Counted from the stretch's first letter, positions 30,471 through 44,008 are shown. The stretch: DNA of 64,000 nt from a bacterium (GCA_965213685.1 CBDBZY010000031.1:1-64000); one strand, 5' to 3'. Notes: a model not told the origin generated them from the sequence alone. Numbers and translations: made by a program.

Positions 30471-30787
30471 GACGTCCTCCTGCGCGTGGGTGCGATCGAT
30501 GCCCGCTGAAAAGATGAAAGACGCCCGGACGGCCTGCGCGGTCTGGATACTGCCGGAATGGAAAAGGAGGGAGCGCCCCGCCTGTGGCGACGCGGGGCGC
30601 CTCACGGAGGGGGATGGGGTGGGAATTTGCGGGACAGGCCATCCGGGCAAGGCGAATTCCGAAAGGAAACGCCAAATATGGATACGTTCGATATTTTTTT
30701 GAGAAATTCACGAAACCGGCTTCCTTTCGCATAGTCCTTTATATCCTAAGCCGTTATATCCATGATGCAGATGCGCGCGACCTTTCA

Positions 30788-30875
30788 TGTGATATTCTTG
30801 TTTGCATATCACACAAGCAGATAATAACTATATTAGAATGTATGTGTCAACAAAAATATCTATAAATAGCTATTT
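30788..30875 (-). promoter_or_regulatory. AT-rich promoter/operator region upstream of HTH operon
   Basis: Minus strand TTGACA(30850-30845)-N18-TATTAT; inverted repeat TGTGATAT-N10-ATATCACA 30788-30813; palindrome AAATAGCTATTT 30864-30875. Confidence 0.6.
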
Positions 30876-31089
30876 TTCTGTTTTCCCTCTGGGGCCCCCG
30901 GTTCGGCATGATCGCCGGCGATGGCCGCCAGCGGGGCCGGGGGGAGGGGAGGCGTCGCCTCTCCCGGACAAGGGGCGGGGCCGTCCTGCGCGAGCGATGG
31001 ACAGGAAAGGAAGGCGAGGCGGGACTGCGGCCCCGGCCGAACGGGCACCGCCGGCCGGGGAGGCGCGGGACTCCGGATGGGGCGCGCTC

Positions 31090-31974
31090 CTAGTCGGGGC
31101 CCCCGCGCAGCAGTTCGATGAAGCGCTTCACGCCGCCGCGAAGCGGCTTGCCGCGCCGGTGGATGAGGCCCACCGGACGCACGATGCGCTCCCCCTCGAA
31201 GGGGAGGACGGCCAGGGTGTTCATCGCCCGTTCGTTCTGGACGGCGGAACCCGGCAGGATGCTCACCCAGGTGTCGATGAAAAGGGCCTCCTTGATGCTC
31301 TCGACATTGTCGAACTCCATCACCACGTCCACGCGCACGTTGGCCTTGCGAAAGACCCGGTCGATCGCGTTGCGGATGGGGAGCTCGGCGTCAAACGCCA
31401 CGAATGGCTCCCCCGCGAGATCGGAGAGCTGCACCGTGTGGCGAAAAGCGAGCCGATGGCCCGGGTGACTGACGAAAAACATGGGCTCCTCCCGGAAGAC
31501 CGCCACCCGGAGCGCCTTGTCACGCGGCGGATAGGCGAGAATCCCGACGTCCGCCGCGTCGTCCAGAACGGATTGCACCACCTTCTCGGGGTGCAAGCAC
31601 TCCAGGCGAACCCGCGCCTGGGGGTAGAGCGTCCGAAACCGCTGCATGTACGCGCCCATCTGATGAAGCCCCACCGAATAGATGGCGGCCACCCGAATCT
31701 GTCCGTGCACCTCGCCGATGCCGTGCGATATTTCCGAGCACACCTGATCGAAGCCTCCCAGCAACTCGCGGCACGCATCGTAGAACCGCGCGCCCTCCTC
31801 CGTGAGGTCAAACGGCCTCTTGCTCCTGTCGAGTAGCTGGACGTTCAGGTCCCCTTCGAGCTGGCGAATCGCCTGGCTCGCCGCGGACTGCGTCACCCCG
31901 GACTGGGCCGCCCCTTTGGAGAAACTTCCCTGCCGGATGATCTCGCAATATAGCCTGAGGGTCTCGAGGTTCAT
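31090..31974 (-). CDS. LysR family transcriptional regulator, divergent from gltBD
   Basis: GSFSKGA..TQSAASQ.IRQLE..L...L.DR. Confidence 0.92.
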   Translation of the reverse strand: MNLETLRLYCEIIRQGSFSKGAAQSGVTQSAASQAIRQLEGDLNVQLLDRSKRPFDLTEEGARFYDACRELLGGFDQVCSEISHGIGEVHGQIRVAAIYSVGLHQMGAYMQRFRTLYPQARVRLECLHPEKVVQSVLDDAADVGILAYPPRDKALRVAVFREEPMFFVSHPGHRLAFRHTVQLSDLAGEPFVAFDAELPIRNAIDRVFRKANVRVDVVMEFDNVESIKEALFIDTWVSILPGSAVQNERAMNTLAVLPFEGERIVRPVGLIHRRGKPLRGGVKRFIELLRGGPD

Positions 31975-32182
31975 GGCGCGAAGACTACAACATAAACAAA
32001 TCTAATACAATATATTAAATTTTTTAGATTGTCTTATAGTTCGCCATGTGCTATATTCTGGTTCCCGGCCTTGCCGGAATCATCTTGGCAGCATTCACTA
32101 AGACGCATTCAGGAATTTCCTGGCGCCGCGGGGGCCGGGGAGTTTCCCGGGACATCCTCCGAGGCGGAAGGCGGGTGAAACC

Positions 32183-35100
32183 ATGAGAGAGCCCTCCCGA
32201 AAGCAGGGTCTGTACGATCCTGCCCTGGAGCACGACGCTTGCGGCGTCGCCTTTGTGGTGGACATCCAGGGGCGCAAATCCCACAAAATCGTCCAGCATT
32301 CCCTCACTATCCTGAAGAATCTCGCCCACCGCGGGGCCACGGGCTCGGAGATCAACACGGGCGACGGGGCGGGAATTCTCATGCAGGTGCCCGACAAATT
32401 CCTGCGCAAGGCCTGCGCGGCGGAAAAATTCGGCATCCCCCCGGAAGGCCGGTACGGGGTGGGCTCCGTATTCCTCCCCAGGTCTCCGAACCAGGCGAAT
32501 GAGTGCGAACAAATTTTCGAGTCCATCGTCCACGAGGAGGGAGCCTTCGTCCTCGGCTGGAGGCCGGTGCCGAACGACCTCTCCGCGCTCGGGGCCTCCG
32601 CCCGGGAGAGTGCCCCGCGATTCCGGCAGGTATTCGTCGGCGGATTCCACGAGTCCCTGGACGCCATGGGGATCGAGCGCAGCCTCTACGTCATTCGCAA
32701 GCGCGTGGAGCACGCGATTCGCGAGTCGAACGTGCGGGACAGGGAGGAGTTTTTCGTTCCCTCGCTGTCCGCGCGCACGCTGATCTACAAGGGAATGCTC
32801 ACCGCCAGGCAGCTCGAAAACGTGTTTCCGGACCTCAATGACCCCGACATGGAGTCCAGCCTGGCGCTGATTCACTCCCGCTTCTCCACCAACACGTTCC
32901 CCTCCTGGCCGCTGGCCCACCCGTATCGCTACCTGGCGCACAACGGGGAGATCAACACGCTGCGCGGCAACATCAACTGGATGCGCGCCCGGGAGTCCCT
33001 CTGCCAATCCCCCCACCTGCCCGATCTGGAGAGAATCCTGCCCATCACCGTCGAGGGCGGAAGCGATTCGGCGATCCTCGACAACGTGCTGGAATTTCTC
33101 TACATGGCCGGTCGGGAGATGCCCCACGCCGTATTGATGATGATCCCGGAGCCGTGGGTGGGCCACGAATCCATGAGCGCGGAGAGAAAGGCGTTCTACG
33201 AGTTTCACGCCAGCCTGATGGAGCCCTGGGACGGCCCCGCCTGCATCGCGTTCACCGATGGCTCCCTCATCGGCGCGGCACTCGACAGAAACGGCCTGCG
33301 GCCCGCCAGATACTACGTCACGCATGACGACCTGCTCGTCATGGCCTCAGAGGTGGGCGTTCTCGACGTTCCGCCCGGGAACGTCAAGATCAAGGAGCGC
33401 CTCCACCCGGGGCGCATCCTCCTCGTGGACACCAGGGAGGGGCGCATCGTCGATGACGAGGAGATCAAGACGCGCTATGCGTCCGCGCACCCATACAAGG
33501 AGTGGGTGGATTCGCACCTGCTTGACCTCCAGGACCTGCCCCCCGCCCCGGTGCTCCCGGAGCCGGATCGTCACTCCATCCTCGAAAGACAAAAAATCTT
33601 CGGCTACACGCAGGAGGACCTGCGATTTTTCATCGGCCCGATGGCGAAACTGAAAACCGACCCGACCGGCTCCATGGGCAACGACGCCGCCCTCGCCGTT
33701 CTCTCGAACCGCCCCCGTCTCCTGTACGACTACTTCAAGCAGCTGTTCGCCCAGGTGACGAACCCGCCCATCGACGCCATTCGCGAGGAGATCATCACGC
33801 AGATATCCTCCACCATAGGCCCCGAGAAAAACCTGCTCGCCCCCGGGCCGGACTCCTGCCGGCAGGTCAGGCTGGACTCCCCCATTCTCGACAACGGGGA
33901 TTTCCACAAGCTCGTCCACATAGAGCAGCCGGACCTGAAGGCGGTCCCCCTGCCCATTCTCTTCCGCGCCGAGGAGGGCGTGGAGGGACTCCGGCGGGCG
34001 ATGGGGGAGCTGTGCAGGAAGGCCAGCCGCGCCATCGAGCAGGGCTACAGATTCATCGTTCTCTCGGACCGCGGCGCGTCGAAGGACTACGCGCCCATCC
34101 CCGCCCTTCTGGCCACCGCCGGCGTCCATCATCATCTGGTTCGGGAGGGAACCCGCACGCGGGTCGGCCTCCTCGTCGAAACGGGCGAGGCGCGCCAGGT
34201 GCACCACATGTGCCTGCTGCTCGGCTTTGGCGCCGCGGCCATCAACCCCTACCTCGTCTTTGAGACCATCGACGACATGCTCAAAACGGGGCTCCTCCGG
34301 GAGGTCGGCCCTGAGGCGGCCCGCAGAAACTACATCACCGCGCTCAACAAGGGCATCCTGAAGGTGATGTCGAAGATGGGCATCTCGACCATCCAGTCGT
34401 ATCGCGGTGCCCAGATATTCGAAGCCATCGGCCTCAAGCGCGATTTCGTGAAAAAGTATTTTACCTGGACGGCCTCGCGCATCGGCGGAATCGGCATCGA
34501 CGTCGTGGCCCAGGAGACCCTGAAACGGCTCCGGAACGCCTTTCCGGCCCGGCCGGTCGGCTCCCGCGAGCTCGAGGGCGGCGGCGACATCCAGTGGCGC
34601 CGGGACGGGGAGTTCCACCTGTTCAATCCCGAGACCGTGTTCAAGCTGCAACACTCCACGATGTCGGGCCAGTATGAAATTTTCAAGGAATACACGGAGA
34701 AGGTGGACAACCAGAGCAAGCATTTGGCCACGCTGCGGGGTCTTCTCGACTTCCGGCTGGCGGAGAGGGCCATCCCCCTGGAGGAGGTGGAGCCGGTCGA
34801 GGCGATCATGAAGCGCTTCAACACGGGGGGCATGTCCTACGGCGCCTTGAGCGCAGAGGCGCATGAAGTGCTGGCCGTGGCGCTCAACCGGATGGGCGCG
34901 AAATCCAACTCGGGCGAGGGCGGGGAGGACGCCAGCCGCTATGCGCCCGATGCGAACGGCGACCTCCGGCGCAGCGCCATTCACCAGGTGGCCTCGGGGC
35001 GCTTCGGGGTGACGAGCGATTACCTGGTCAACTGCACCGACCTGCAAATCAAGATGGCCCAAGGCGCCAAGCCCGGAGAGGGCGGACAACTCCCCGGCCA

Positions 35101-36739
35101 CAAGGTGTATCCCTGGATAGCCCGCACAAGGCACTCCACCCCCGGGGTCGGCCTCATCTCCCCGCCGCCCCACCATGACATCTATTCCATCGAAGACCTG
35201 GCCCAGCTGATATACGACCTGAAAAACGCGAACCCGCGCGCGGGGGTTCACGTGAAGCTCGTCTCCGAGGTGGGCGTCGGCACCGTGGCGGCGGGCGTCT
35301 CCAAGGCCCGCGCCGACACCGTCCTCATCTCGGGGCACGACGGGGGGACCGGCGCGTCTCCCATCACCAGCATCCTCCACGCGGGCACCCCGTGGGAGCT
35401 GGGTCTCGCGGAAACGCAGCAGGTGCTCGTGCTGAACAGGCTGCGGGACAGGATTGTGCTCCAGGTGGACGGGCAGATGAAAACGGGCCGCGACGTCGTC
35501 GTGGGCGCCCTGCTCGGCGCCGATGAGTTCGGGTTTTCCACGGCGCCGCTCGTCGTCATGGGATGCATCATGATGCGCGTGTGCCACCTGAACACGTGCC
35601 CCGTCGGCATCGCGTCCCAGGACCCGAAGCTGCGGGAGAAATTCGCCGGAAAGCCCGAGTTCGTGGAGAATTTCTTCCGCTTCGTCGCCGATGAGGTGCG
35701 CGAATACATGGCCGGGCTCGGCTTCCGCAGCATGGAGGAGATGATCGGGCGCGTGGACAGGCTCATCACCAGGAAAGCGGTGGATCACTGGAAGGCGAGA
35801 GGGCTGGACTTCTCCGCCATCCTCCACAAGCCGGACGCCGGCCCCGGCGCCGCGACCCGGCAGATCACGACGCAGGACCACGGCCTCGAGCACTCGCTCG
35901 ACATGCGGGAGCTGCTGCCCAGGTGCAGGGACGCGATAGAGAACAAGACGCCGGTTTCCCTGCGGCTGCCCATCCGCAACATTCACAGAACCGTGGGCAC
36001 CATCACGGGCTCGGAGGTGACGCGCGCGCACGGGGCGGAGGGGCTGCCGGAGGACACCATCCGCGTCCACTTCACCGGCTCGGCGGGCCAGAGCTTCGGC
36101 GCGTTCGTCCCGAAAGGCATGACCTTGACGCTGGAGGGCGACGCCAACGACTACATGGGCAAGGGACTCTCGGGCGGCAAGCTGATCGCCTATCCCCCCA
36201 GGGAGGCCGGCTTCGCGCCGGAGGAGAACATCATCATCGGAAACGTGGCGCTGTTCGGCGCCACGTCGGGAGAGGCGTATTTCCGCGGCCTCGCCGGCGA
36301 GCGCTTCTGCGTCCGAAACAGCGGCGCGCGCGCGGTGGCGGAGGGCGTGGGAGACCACGGATGCGAATACATGACGGGCGGCCGCGTCGTCATCCTGGGG
36401 AAAACGGGCAGGAACTTCGCCGCGGGAATGTCGGGAGGCGTCGCCTACGTTCTGGACGAGGGGGGCGACTTCGCCGGCCATTGCAACACGGAGCTGGTGG
36501 ACGTCGAGCCTCTGCGGGCGCCCGACGACGTCGAGGAGGTGAAGGGGATGATCCGGAAGCACATCGACCACACGGGCAGCGCGCGGGCGGAGGAGGTTCT
36601 CGGCGCGTGGGACGCGCACCAGCCCAGGTTCGTCAAGGTGATGCCCCGGGACTACAGGCGCGCGCTCACGGCCATCGAGGAGGCGAAGGAAAAAGGCGTC
36701 TCGTGGGAGGAGGCCGTCATGGAGGGGGCGGATGGGTAA
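32183..36739 (+). CDS. gltB: Glutamate synthase large subunit
   Basis: [37 protein letters not shown]. Confidence 0.98.
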   Translation: MREPSRKQGLYDPALEHDACGVAFVVDIQGRKSHKIVQHSLTILKNLAHRGATGSEINTGDGAGILMQVPDKFLRKACAAEKFGIPPEGRYGVGSVFLPRSPNQANECEQIFESIVHEEGAFVLGWRPVPNDLSALGASARESAPRFRQVFVGGFHESLDAMGIERSLYVIRKRVEHAIRESNVRDREEFFVPSLSARTLIYKGMLTARQLENVFPDLNDPDMESSLALIHSRFSTNTFPSWPLAHPYRYLAHNGEINTLRGNINWMRARESLCQSPHLPDLERILPITVEGGSDSAILDNVLEFLYMAGREMPHAVLMMIPEPWVGHESMSAERKAFYEFHASLMEPWDGPACIAFTDGSLIGAALDRNGLRPARYYVTHDDLLVMASEVGVLDVPPGNVKIKERLHPGRILLVDTREGRIVDDEEIKTRYASAHPYKEWVDSHLLDLQDLPPAPVLPEPDRHSILERQKIFGYTQEDLRFFIGPMAKLKTDPTGSMGNDAALAVLSNRPRLLYDYFKQLFAQVTNPPIDAIREEIITQISSTIGPEKNLLAPGPDSCRQVRLDSPILDNGDFHKLVHIEQPDLKAVPLPILFRAEEGVEGLRRAMGELCRKASRAIEQGYRFIVLSDRGASKDYAPIPALLATAGVHHHLVREGTRTRVGLLVETGEARQVHHMCLLLGFGAAAINPYLVFETIDDMLKTGLLREVGPEAARRNYITALNKGILKVMSKMGISTIQSYRGAQIFEAIGLKRDFVKKYFTWTASRIGGIGIDVVAQETLKRLRNAFPARPVGSRELEGGGDIQWRRDGEFHLFNPETVFKLQHSTMSGQYEIFKEYTEKVDNQSKHLATLRGLLDFRLAERAIPLEEVEPVEAIMKRFNTGGMSYGALSAEAHEVLAVALNRMGAKSNSGEGGEDASRYAPDANGDLRRSAIHQVASGRFGVTSDYLVNCTDLQIKMAQGAKPGEGGQLPGHKVYPWIARTRHSTPGVGLISPPPHHDIYSIEDLAQLIYDLKNANPRAGVHVKLVSEVGVGTVAAGVSKARADTVLISGHDGGTGASPITSILHAGTPWELGLAETQQVLVLNRLRDRIVLQVDGQMKTGRDVVVGALLGADEFGFSTAPLVVMGCIMMRVCHLNTCPVGIASQDPKLREKFAGKPEFVENFFRFVADEVREYMAGLGFRSMEEMIGRVDRLITRKAVDHWKARGLDFSAILHKPDAGPGAATRQITTQDHGLEHSLDMRELLPRCRDAIENKTPVSLRLPIRNIHRTVGTITGSEVTRAHGAEGLPEDTIRVHFTGSAGQSFGAFVPKGMTLTLEGDANDYMGKGLSGGKLIAYPPREAGFAPEENIIIGNVALFGATSGEAYFRGLAGERFCVRNSGARAVAEGVGDHGCEYMTGGRVVILGKTGRNFAAGMSGGVAYVLDEGGDFAGHCNTELVDVEPLRAPDDVEEVKGMIRKHIDHTGSARAEEVLGAWDAHQPRFVKVMPRDYRRALTAIEEAKEKGVSWEEAVMEGADG

Positions 36740-38184
36740 GCCGACGGGATTCGTGGAATTCGGCAGGGAGGCGCCCAGGACGCGGCCCGTGGAGGAGCGC
36801 GTCCACGACTGGGACGTGGTCTATCTCCCCACGCCACAGGAGACGCTCCGGCGCCAGGGGGGCGCGGTGCATGGACTGCGGCATTCCCTTTTGCCATCAG
36901 GGGTGCCCGCTGGGGAACCTGATTCCCGACTGGAACGACCTCGTCTATCGCGACCTGTGGAAAGACGCCATCGAGCGGCTTCATGCGACGAACAATTTTC
37001 CGGAATTCACCGGCTGGCTCTGCCCGGCGCCCTGCGAGGACTCCTGCGTCCTCACGATAAACGACTCCCCGGTGACGATCAAGGAGATCGAAAAATCCAT
37101 CATCGAGCACGCCTTCGCCGAGGGGTGGGTCAAGGCGGCCCCGCCCGAGGCGCGCACCGGCAAAAAGGTCGCCGTCGTGGGATCGGGGCCGGCGGGCCTG
37201 GCGGCGGCCCAGCAGCTCAACTACGCGGGGCACCTCGTCACCGTCTTCGAGCGCGACGACAAGCTGGGCGGACTCATGCGCTACGGGATACCGGACTTCA
37301 AGATGGACAAGACCTACATCGACCGGCGCACGCGGCAGATGGAGGAGGAGGGGGTGGCGTTCCGGGTGAACGCGAACGTCGGCGTGAACCCGAGCGTGTC
37401 CGACCTGCAGGAGGAGTTCGACGCCATCGTGCTGGCGGCGGGCGCGCTGATGCACAGGGATTTGCGCATCCCGGGGCGCGAGATGGGGGGCATCCACTTC
37501 GGCATGGAATATCTCACCATGCAGAACCGAAGGCTCGCGGGCGCGGACATACCGGATGCGGAGTTCATCACCGCACAGGACAAGCGCGTGGTCGTCATCG
37601 GAGGAGGCGATACGGGCGCGGATTGCGTGGGCACCGCGCACAGGCAGGGGGCCAAGTCCGTCCGCCAGTTCCAGTACCATCCGCGTCCGCCGGACAAAAG
37701 AGACCCGCTGAGCGACCCCTGGCCGAACTACGCGCACATATTCCGCACCGCGCCGATGTATGAGGAGGGCGGCGAGCGCATCTTCCAGATTCAGACCCGG
37801 CGCTTCCTCGGCGAATCCGGCCGCGTCAGAAAAATCGACACCGTGCGGGTGAACGAGACCCGCGACGAGAGCGGAGGAGCCGTGTTCTCCGAGATACCGG
37901 GCTCCGCAGAGGAGATCGACGCGGACCTCGTCCTCATCGCCATCGGCTTTCAGGGGCCCGACTGCCATCCCCTGCTCGACGCGCTGGCCCTCGAGCGCAC
38001 CGGACGCGGCGCCGTGCGTCGCGACGAGAGATGGATGACCAGCGCGCTGGGCGTCTTCGTGGCGGGCGACATGACCCGGGGCGCCTCCCTGGTGGTCTGG
38101 GCGATTGCGGACGGACGCTCCTGCGCGCGCGCCGTGGATGAATACCTGATGGGGGAGTCCGGCCTGCCCGCCCCCCTGGAATAG
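36732..38184 (+). CDS. gltD: Glutamate synthase small subunit (apparent +1 G frameshift ~36857)
   Basis: MGKPTGF then [40 protein letters not shown]. Confidence 0.93.
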
Positions 38185-38270
38185 TCCCGGGATTTTCGGC
38201 GGACGTTTCGCGCCGACATGACGGACCCTGCAGGGCAGACGGCGGCCGCGCCGCCATGAAAGGAGTCGAC

Positions 38271-39003
38271 ATGATCACCGAGGGGGAGTTGGCCAGCGCC
38301 GCCGGGCGCAGGCCGGTCGGCGACGAGCCAGTCGCCCCGCGGCACCGGGAGGGCTTCGAGGGCGTCGTTCTGCGCGGCGCGAGAACTTCCGTGGAGCCGC
38401 TCGAGCCGGAGCGCGACTGCGCCGATATTCTCGCCGCCGCGACGGGGGGGCGATACGCCGGACAGGATTTGGGACTACCTCAGCGTCGGTCCCTTCGCCG
38501 ACGAAGCGGGGGTGCGGGCCTGGCTGGACGACTGCGCGGCCTCGAAGGATCCGGTTTTCGTGGTCTACCGCGACCGGGCGACCGGCCGCCTCGGCGGGAT
38601 GGGCAGCTTCATGGAAATTCGCCCCGCCGCCGGGGTCGCCGAAATCGGCCACATCTGGTTCGGCCGCGCCTGGCAGCGCGGTGCCCGCGTCACCGAAGTC
38701 CTCTCGCTGATGATGCGCCGCGTCCTCGACGCAGGCGGCTATCGCCGCCTGGAGTGGAAATGCGACGCGCACAACGCGGCGTCCCGCGCCGCCGCGCTGC
38801 GCCTCGGTTTCCGCTACGAGGGCACCTTTCTCAACCACATGATCGTTAAGGGGCGCAACCGCGACACCGCCTGGTTCTCCATCACGCAGGAGGAATGGCC
38901 GCCCGTTCGGGAGGCCCACGACCACTGGCTCCTCCCCGAGAACTTCGACGACCAGGGCCGACAGAAGCGCGCGCTGAGCGACCTCACCCGCGCGCTCTGG
39001 TGA
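38271..39003 (+). CDS. GNAT/RimJ-like N-acetyltransferase (apparent +1 G frameshift ~38444)
   Basis: EIGHIWF, GYRRLEWKC, RLGFRYEG, KGRNRDTAWFS. Confidence 0.85.
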
Positions 39004-39042
39004 GTGAGGCGGCAGGGGGAGACGAGTCCCGGCGGGCCTCTC

Positions 39043-40075
39043 TCAATTCGCCAGCGCCGCGTTCCAGATCGGGCGGATGGCGAAGGCGCCTGACGTCTCC
39101 GTATCCACCATCACCCGCACGGCGTGCATGTGCTTCGCGCCGAAAACCTGGAGGGCGACGACGTTCGGCGCCTTTTGCCGGAACGGGCGGATGACCTGGT
39201 AGATATGGCTGTCGCCGTAGATCAGCAGAACCGGCCTGCGGAACGCAGCCGCCCCGCGAATCAGCGCCTCGCCGAACCGCCTGAACCCGGACGCGCGGGC
39301 GAACGCCTCTTTTTTCGGCGCGAAAGACGCCGCCCTGAACATGTCGGCGTGGATCGCGAGCACGATCGCTGTGGCGTCCGAGGCGGCGGCCTTGTCGAAA
39401 CTCGCCTGGAGCCAGGCGACGTTCGCCGCATCTCGGGCGAAGAACTCGCGGACGGCGCGCGGTGCCCGCACCTCGAAGTTGTTGTTCGATCCAACGACGT
39501 GGGCCGTCAGGAAATGCACCCCCTCCTTGACGAAGCGGGCGTTCTCCACGTAATCGCCGAACCCCTGCATGGCGTCCGACTGCCGTTCAAGCCGCATCGG
39601 CGCCTTTCCGCGCGAAGTGCGCGCCGGCGGCGAAGAACGTCCGCCGGACAAAGGCCAGCCTCTCCAGCGGGTCGAAGCGGCCCGCCTTCTTTCGGTGACA
39701 ATCGGTCCACTCGTTGTCCCCCGGCGTGTAGATGAGCGGGGCGATGAACGAATCCATGAAATCGCGCTGCGCGCGCAGCATCTCGTCCGAACACGGGGTC
39801 GAGCCGGACTTGATGTCGCCCACATGTATCGTGAAGGCGGGTTTGAGAGCGTTTATCTGCCCGATCAGCGCGCGGAACGGCGGATAGACTTTCTCGGGCT
39901 TTCCGTAAGGCATGTCGCCGAGCGCCACGAACGCGAAAGGCTTCTCCGCCGCCGCAGCGGCTCCCGCCGTCAACCCCCACATCGCCAACGCCCCGAGAGC
40001 CGGCGCCAGCCATTTCCTCGCGAGCGCGTCCCCGGCGCGCCGCATCGTCCCGACCGTAGAAACCAGCGGTTCCAT
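39043..40075 (-). CDS. Secreted metallophosphoesterase (frameshift ~39610)
   Basis: GDMPY, HVGDIKSG, TPGDNEWTDC, then EN.RF, GSNNN, GDSH. Confidence 0.8.
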
Positions 40076-40283
40076 CGCAGTCTGTCCTCCATGCATGAAA
40101 GAATGTGGGAGCGATTCGGCATCCGCCGCCGCCGACGGAGCGACGCCATCCCGATCGGGGGGACTATAGGGGAAAAAGAGAGGGCGCATGTTGCGCGCGG
40201 GTGAATTTTTCGTGATTTTCGGGAGAATCACGCGGGCCGCCGGACGGGCTCATCCGGCCTCCGCCCGCGCATCGCGGCAAATC

Positions 40284-41153
40284 TCACCTCCCCCAGCCCA
40301 GCCTCTCGGCCACCCGCAGGAGGATGTCCGAGCGGTTGAGGGCGTAGATGTGAAAATGCCGGACGCCCATCGCCGTCAGCTCCTGAATCTGGGCCGCCGC
40401 CAGGTCCGCCGACGCCTCCCGAAAGCCGGCCGGGTCGTTCTCATAAGGGGCGAGTGCGTCGACGACCCTCCGGGGAACGCGCGCCCCGCACTTGCGGGCG
40501 AAGCGCTGGGCCTGGGTCAGATTTCGTATGGGCAGGATGCCGGGGGCCAGGTCTATCCGCACGCCCCGCCCCGCCGTCTCCTCCAGGAAGCGCTCCCAAA
40601 TCCACGGCTCGAAGAAGAACTGGGAGGCGGCGTAATCCGCCCCCGCATCCACCTTTTGCACGAAGTGGTCCATCTCCCTCGCCCTGTCGGGCGTTTCTGG
40701 ATGGCCTTCGGGGTAGCAGGCCACGCCTATCGAGGAGAACCCGCCCAGGTTCCGCAGCCACCGGACGAGGTCGACCGCATATCGAAACCCGCCGGCGGCG
40801 GCCTCCGCTCGCGTCATGCCCTCCGGAATATCTCCCCGAAGCGCCAGGATGTCGCGCATCCCGTTTTGCCGATAGGCGGACATCAGGCGCGATATGTCCG
40901 ACTCGCGCGAACCCACGCAGGTGAGATGTGCCACCACCCGCCCGGGATAGCGCTTCGAGAGCGCCAGCACCAGCTCGAGCGTCCCCTCCCGGGTGGAGCC
41001 GCCCGCCCCGTACGTCACCGAGGTAAAGGCGACGTCCATCGCGGCCTGCAGCGCGGCCACCTCCCGCAGCGCGCGCTCCACCGCCTCCCGGCCCTTCGGC
41101 GGATACAGCTCCACCGAAACGCTCACGTCGGCAGAGGAGATGCTCTCGATCAC
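40284..41153 (-). CDS. metF: Methylenetetrahydrofolate reductase
   Basis: SVELYPP, SVTYGAGGSTR, AHLTC, LALRGD, YPEGHP. Confidence 0.93.
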   Translation of the reverse strand: MIESISSADVSVSVELYPPKGREAVERALREVAALQAAMDVAFTSVTYGAGGSTREGTLELVLALSKRYPGRVVAHLTCVGSRESDISRLMSAYRQNGMRDILALRGDIPEGMTRAEAAAGGFRYAVDLVRWLRNLGGFSSIGVACYPEGHPETPDRAREMDHFVQKVDAGADYAASQFFFEPWIWERFLEETAGRGVRIDLAPGILPIRNLTQAQRFARKCGARVPRRVVDALAPYENDPAGFREASADLAAAQIQELTAMGVRHFHIYALNRSDILLRVAERLGWGR

Positions 41154-41397
41154 CCTGGACAATCCGCTACCCTCTGCGGACGCCGCCAGAGCGGCGCGAA
41201 CGATGGACGCAACAAAAAACAGGCGCGGGGCAAAAAATTCGCCCCGCGCCCGAGAACGGCAAGCCCGAACAGAAGGCTCAGGCAAACCAACAAGCTCCCA
41301 CAAACCCCACAACAAGCTCTCCGGAACTTCCCGGCCGCCCCCCCTTCGCCCTGGCGCAGCTCCGAGGGGGGGGGGGTACGAACCGCGCGGGAGCGGG

Positions 41398-41862
41398 CTA
41401 GCTCAAGGCCCCGAGTGCCGCGAAGAGCTTCTCGTCATCGGGCTTCTCGGGCGGGGCCGCCGTCACCTCCATGTAGGCGACGCTCCCCTGCTTGTCGACG
41501 AGAATCACCGCGCGGTTGCTGAACCCCTTGTCGTTCAGCAATCCGTAGGCCGCGCAGGTTCCCTTGCCGAAGAAATCGCTCAGCAGGGGGAATTCGATGC
41601 CATACTTCTCGGCCCAGGCCGCATGTGCGAACGGGCTGTCCACGCTGATGCCGAGGACCTCGCAATCCGCATCGTCGAACCGGGCGCTCTCGGCCTGGTA
41701 GGCCGGCAGCTGCTCGCTGCACACGGAGGAGAAATCGAACGGATAGAAGCACAGCAGGACGTTCTTCTTTCCGCGGTAATCGCTCAGCCGCACGGTGTCC
41801 CCCTCGGCGAGGGTTCTCGGCAATTCAAAGTCCGGTGCGGCGTCGCCTACGCTCAGCCCCAT
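41398..41862 (-). CDS. Peroxiredoxin (AhpE/AhpC-TSA)
   Basis: [27 protein letters not shown]. Confidence 0.9.
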   Translation of the reverse strand: MGLSVGDAAPDFELPRTLAEGDTVRLSDYRGKKNVLLCFYPFDFSSVCSEQLPAYQAESARFDDADCEVLGISVDSPFAHAAWAEKYGIEFPLLSDFFGKGTCAAYGLLNDKGFSNRAVILVDKQGSVAYMEVTAAPPEKPDDEKLFAALGALS

Positions 41863-41894
41863 GAGGGCGCCCTCCCTTTTTATGGATGGTTTTC

Positions 41895-42482
<588 letters not shown>

Positions 42483-42812
42483 TTTGTTTTCTCCTTGATG
42501 GAAATGGAATGTTCTGTTCATTCACACGAAATTTTGTGACTCCTGCAAGGCCGCAGCCTCCCTCGACGCTCCCGAACCGCCCGGAACATGGACGGCGCAA
42601 GACGAGGCGCCGCCGGGGGCCGTTGTTCTTTTTCCGCTTTAAACCAAACGCGCGAACCTCTCTCTCGCGTCTCGCGAACCCGCCAGAACGTCCCGGACGA
42701 CCTTCGTCTAGTCCGTTTACCCCGTGCGCATGGATGCGCCAGAGGGCGCATTGTATTTTAGGGATCGGGGCGCGTCAAATCTCCTCCTTGCAGCACGTCT
42801 GCGCGCCTCCGT

Positions 42813-43712
42813 CTATTCCGGTGCGCACCCCTTGTGGATTTCATCGAAATCGCGGTAGAGGAGGGACATATCCTCCTCCACCATCCCCCGCGCGACGGCT
42901 TTCTCCAGAAACGCGAGGGCGTCCTCGGCCAACGGAATGTCCGCCCCGCACTCCCGCCCCATCCCGACGGCGATGCCCACGTCCTTGCGCAAATTATAGA
43001 CGCGCGCCATCCCGTTCCACTTGCCCGAGAGGATGTTGTTCGGAAAACGATGGCGGCTCGCGTAGCTGTAGGCCGTCGAGACGTTGCAGACGTCGATCAT
43101 GTCCTCCACCCGCATCCCCAGCCGCTCGGCGAGGCGCGCCCCCTCGCAGGTCGCCAGAAACATGGTGTGAAGCACCATGTTGTGGATCAGCTTCATGGTG
43201 TGGCCCGCACCCTGTGCCCCCAGGTGAAAGGTGTTCTCCACGAAGGGGCGGAGGAACGGCTTCGTCCGCTCGAGAAGCGCCGCGTCTCCCCCGACCATGA
43301 GGGTCAGCTTCCCCTCCAGGATGCTGGCCGGCCCGCCGCTCATGCCCGCGTCGAGATACCCGACGCGCGCGCGCGCGGCCGCCTCCGCCAAGCGCCTCGT
43401 CCGCGCCGGGTCCGAGGTGGTCAGGTCGCAGATGACCAGCCCCTCTCCCGCGTTGCGCAGCACTCCCTCCGCACCCCGCAAACAGGCCTCGATTTCCCCG
43501 GACGACGGCACCACGAAGAAGATGACCGCACAGGATTTCGCCATCTCCCCGGGCGCGGCGATCGAGACGCCGTCGATTTTCTCGAACGGCCGGCGCGCCG
43601 CCTCGGACACGTCCCAGAGCGTCAGGGGCGTTTTCGCCTCGATGAGCCTTCGCGCCACCGGGTTGCCCATGCGCCCCAGGCCGATGACGCCCGCCCTCCT
43701 CTCCTGCCCCAT
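42813..43712 (-). CDS. NAD(P)-dependent oxidoreductase, 3-hydroxyisobutyrate dehydrogenase family
   Basis: GLGRMG, DAGMSGG, KLIHN. Confidence 0.88.
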   Translation of the reverse strand: MGQERRAGVIGLGRMGNPVARRLIEAKTPLTLWDVSEAARRPFEKIDGVSIAAPGEMAKSCAVIFFVVPSSGEIEACLRGAEGVLRNAGEGLVICDLTTSDPARTRRLAEAAARARVGYLDAGMSGGPASILEGKLTLMVGGDAALLERTKPFLRPFVENTFHLGAQGAGHTMKLIHNMVLHTMFLATCEGARLAERLGMRVEDMIDVCNVSTAYSYASRHRFPNNILSGKWNGMARVYNLRKDVGIAVGMGRECGADIPLAEDALAFLEKAVARGMVEEDMSLLYRDFDEIHKGCAPE

Positions 43713-43753
43713 GCGGACGCCTCCGGGGAAACGATGCGGGCGATGCGCCCGGA

Positions 43754-43830
43754 TGGAGCCGACGACCGGACTTGAACCGGTGACCTGCTGATTACGAATC
43801 AGCTGCTCTACCTGTCTGAGCTACGTCGGC
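43754..43830 (-). tRNA. tRNA-Thr(CGT)
   Basis: GCCGACG acceptor, anticodon arm GCTGA-TTCGTAA-TCAGC, GGTTCAAGTCC, CCA. Confidence 0.95.
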
Positions 43831-43964
43831 GAGAAGAAAGGGGCGCCCCCTGCGCGCGACCCCCACGCGGGTGCTATTGAACACGCCGCTTTCGCCTTCG
43901 TCAAGCGGCGAGACCGCCCGAGGCCGCGTGGTACGCCGCCTTTCGCGGTTTCCCCCGCCCAGGG

Positions 43965-43993
43965 TTGACTTCCGGGGCGGGCCGTCGTACAAA
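43965..43993 (+). promoter_or_regulatory. sigma70-like promoter for tRNA-Lys
   Basis: TTGACT-N17-TACAAA. Confidence 0.45.
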
Positions 43994-44008
43994 ATTCCTC
44001 TTTCTCGC

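Noticed and set aside
33347-36619. 1090-aa antisense ORF and similar long overlapping ORFs (e.g. 46637-49216, 50814-53357)
   Set aside because: Shadow ORFs of GC-rich genes with no recognisable motifs
36732-38184. gltD, acnA and rlmN as true pseudogenes
   Set aside because: Each has one extra G and otherwise intact motifs, matching a systematic sequencing error
41160-41395. SAM/SAH riboswitch upstream of metF
   Set aside because: No recognisable consensus by eye
41398-41862. Selenocysteine in peroxiredoxin
   Set aside because: Active site is an ordinary Cys codon and the ORF is uninterrupted
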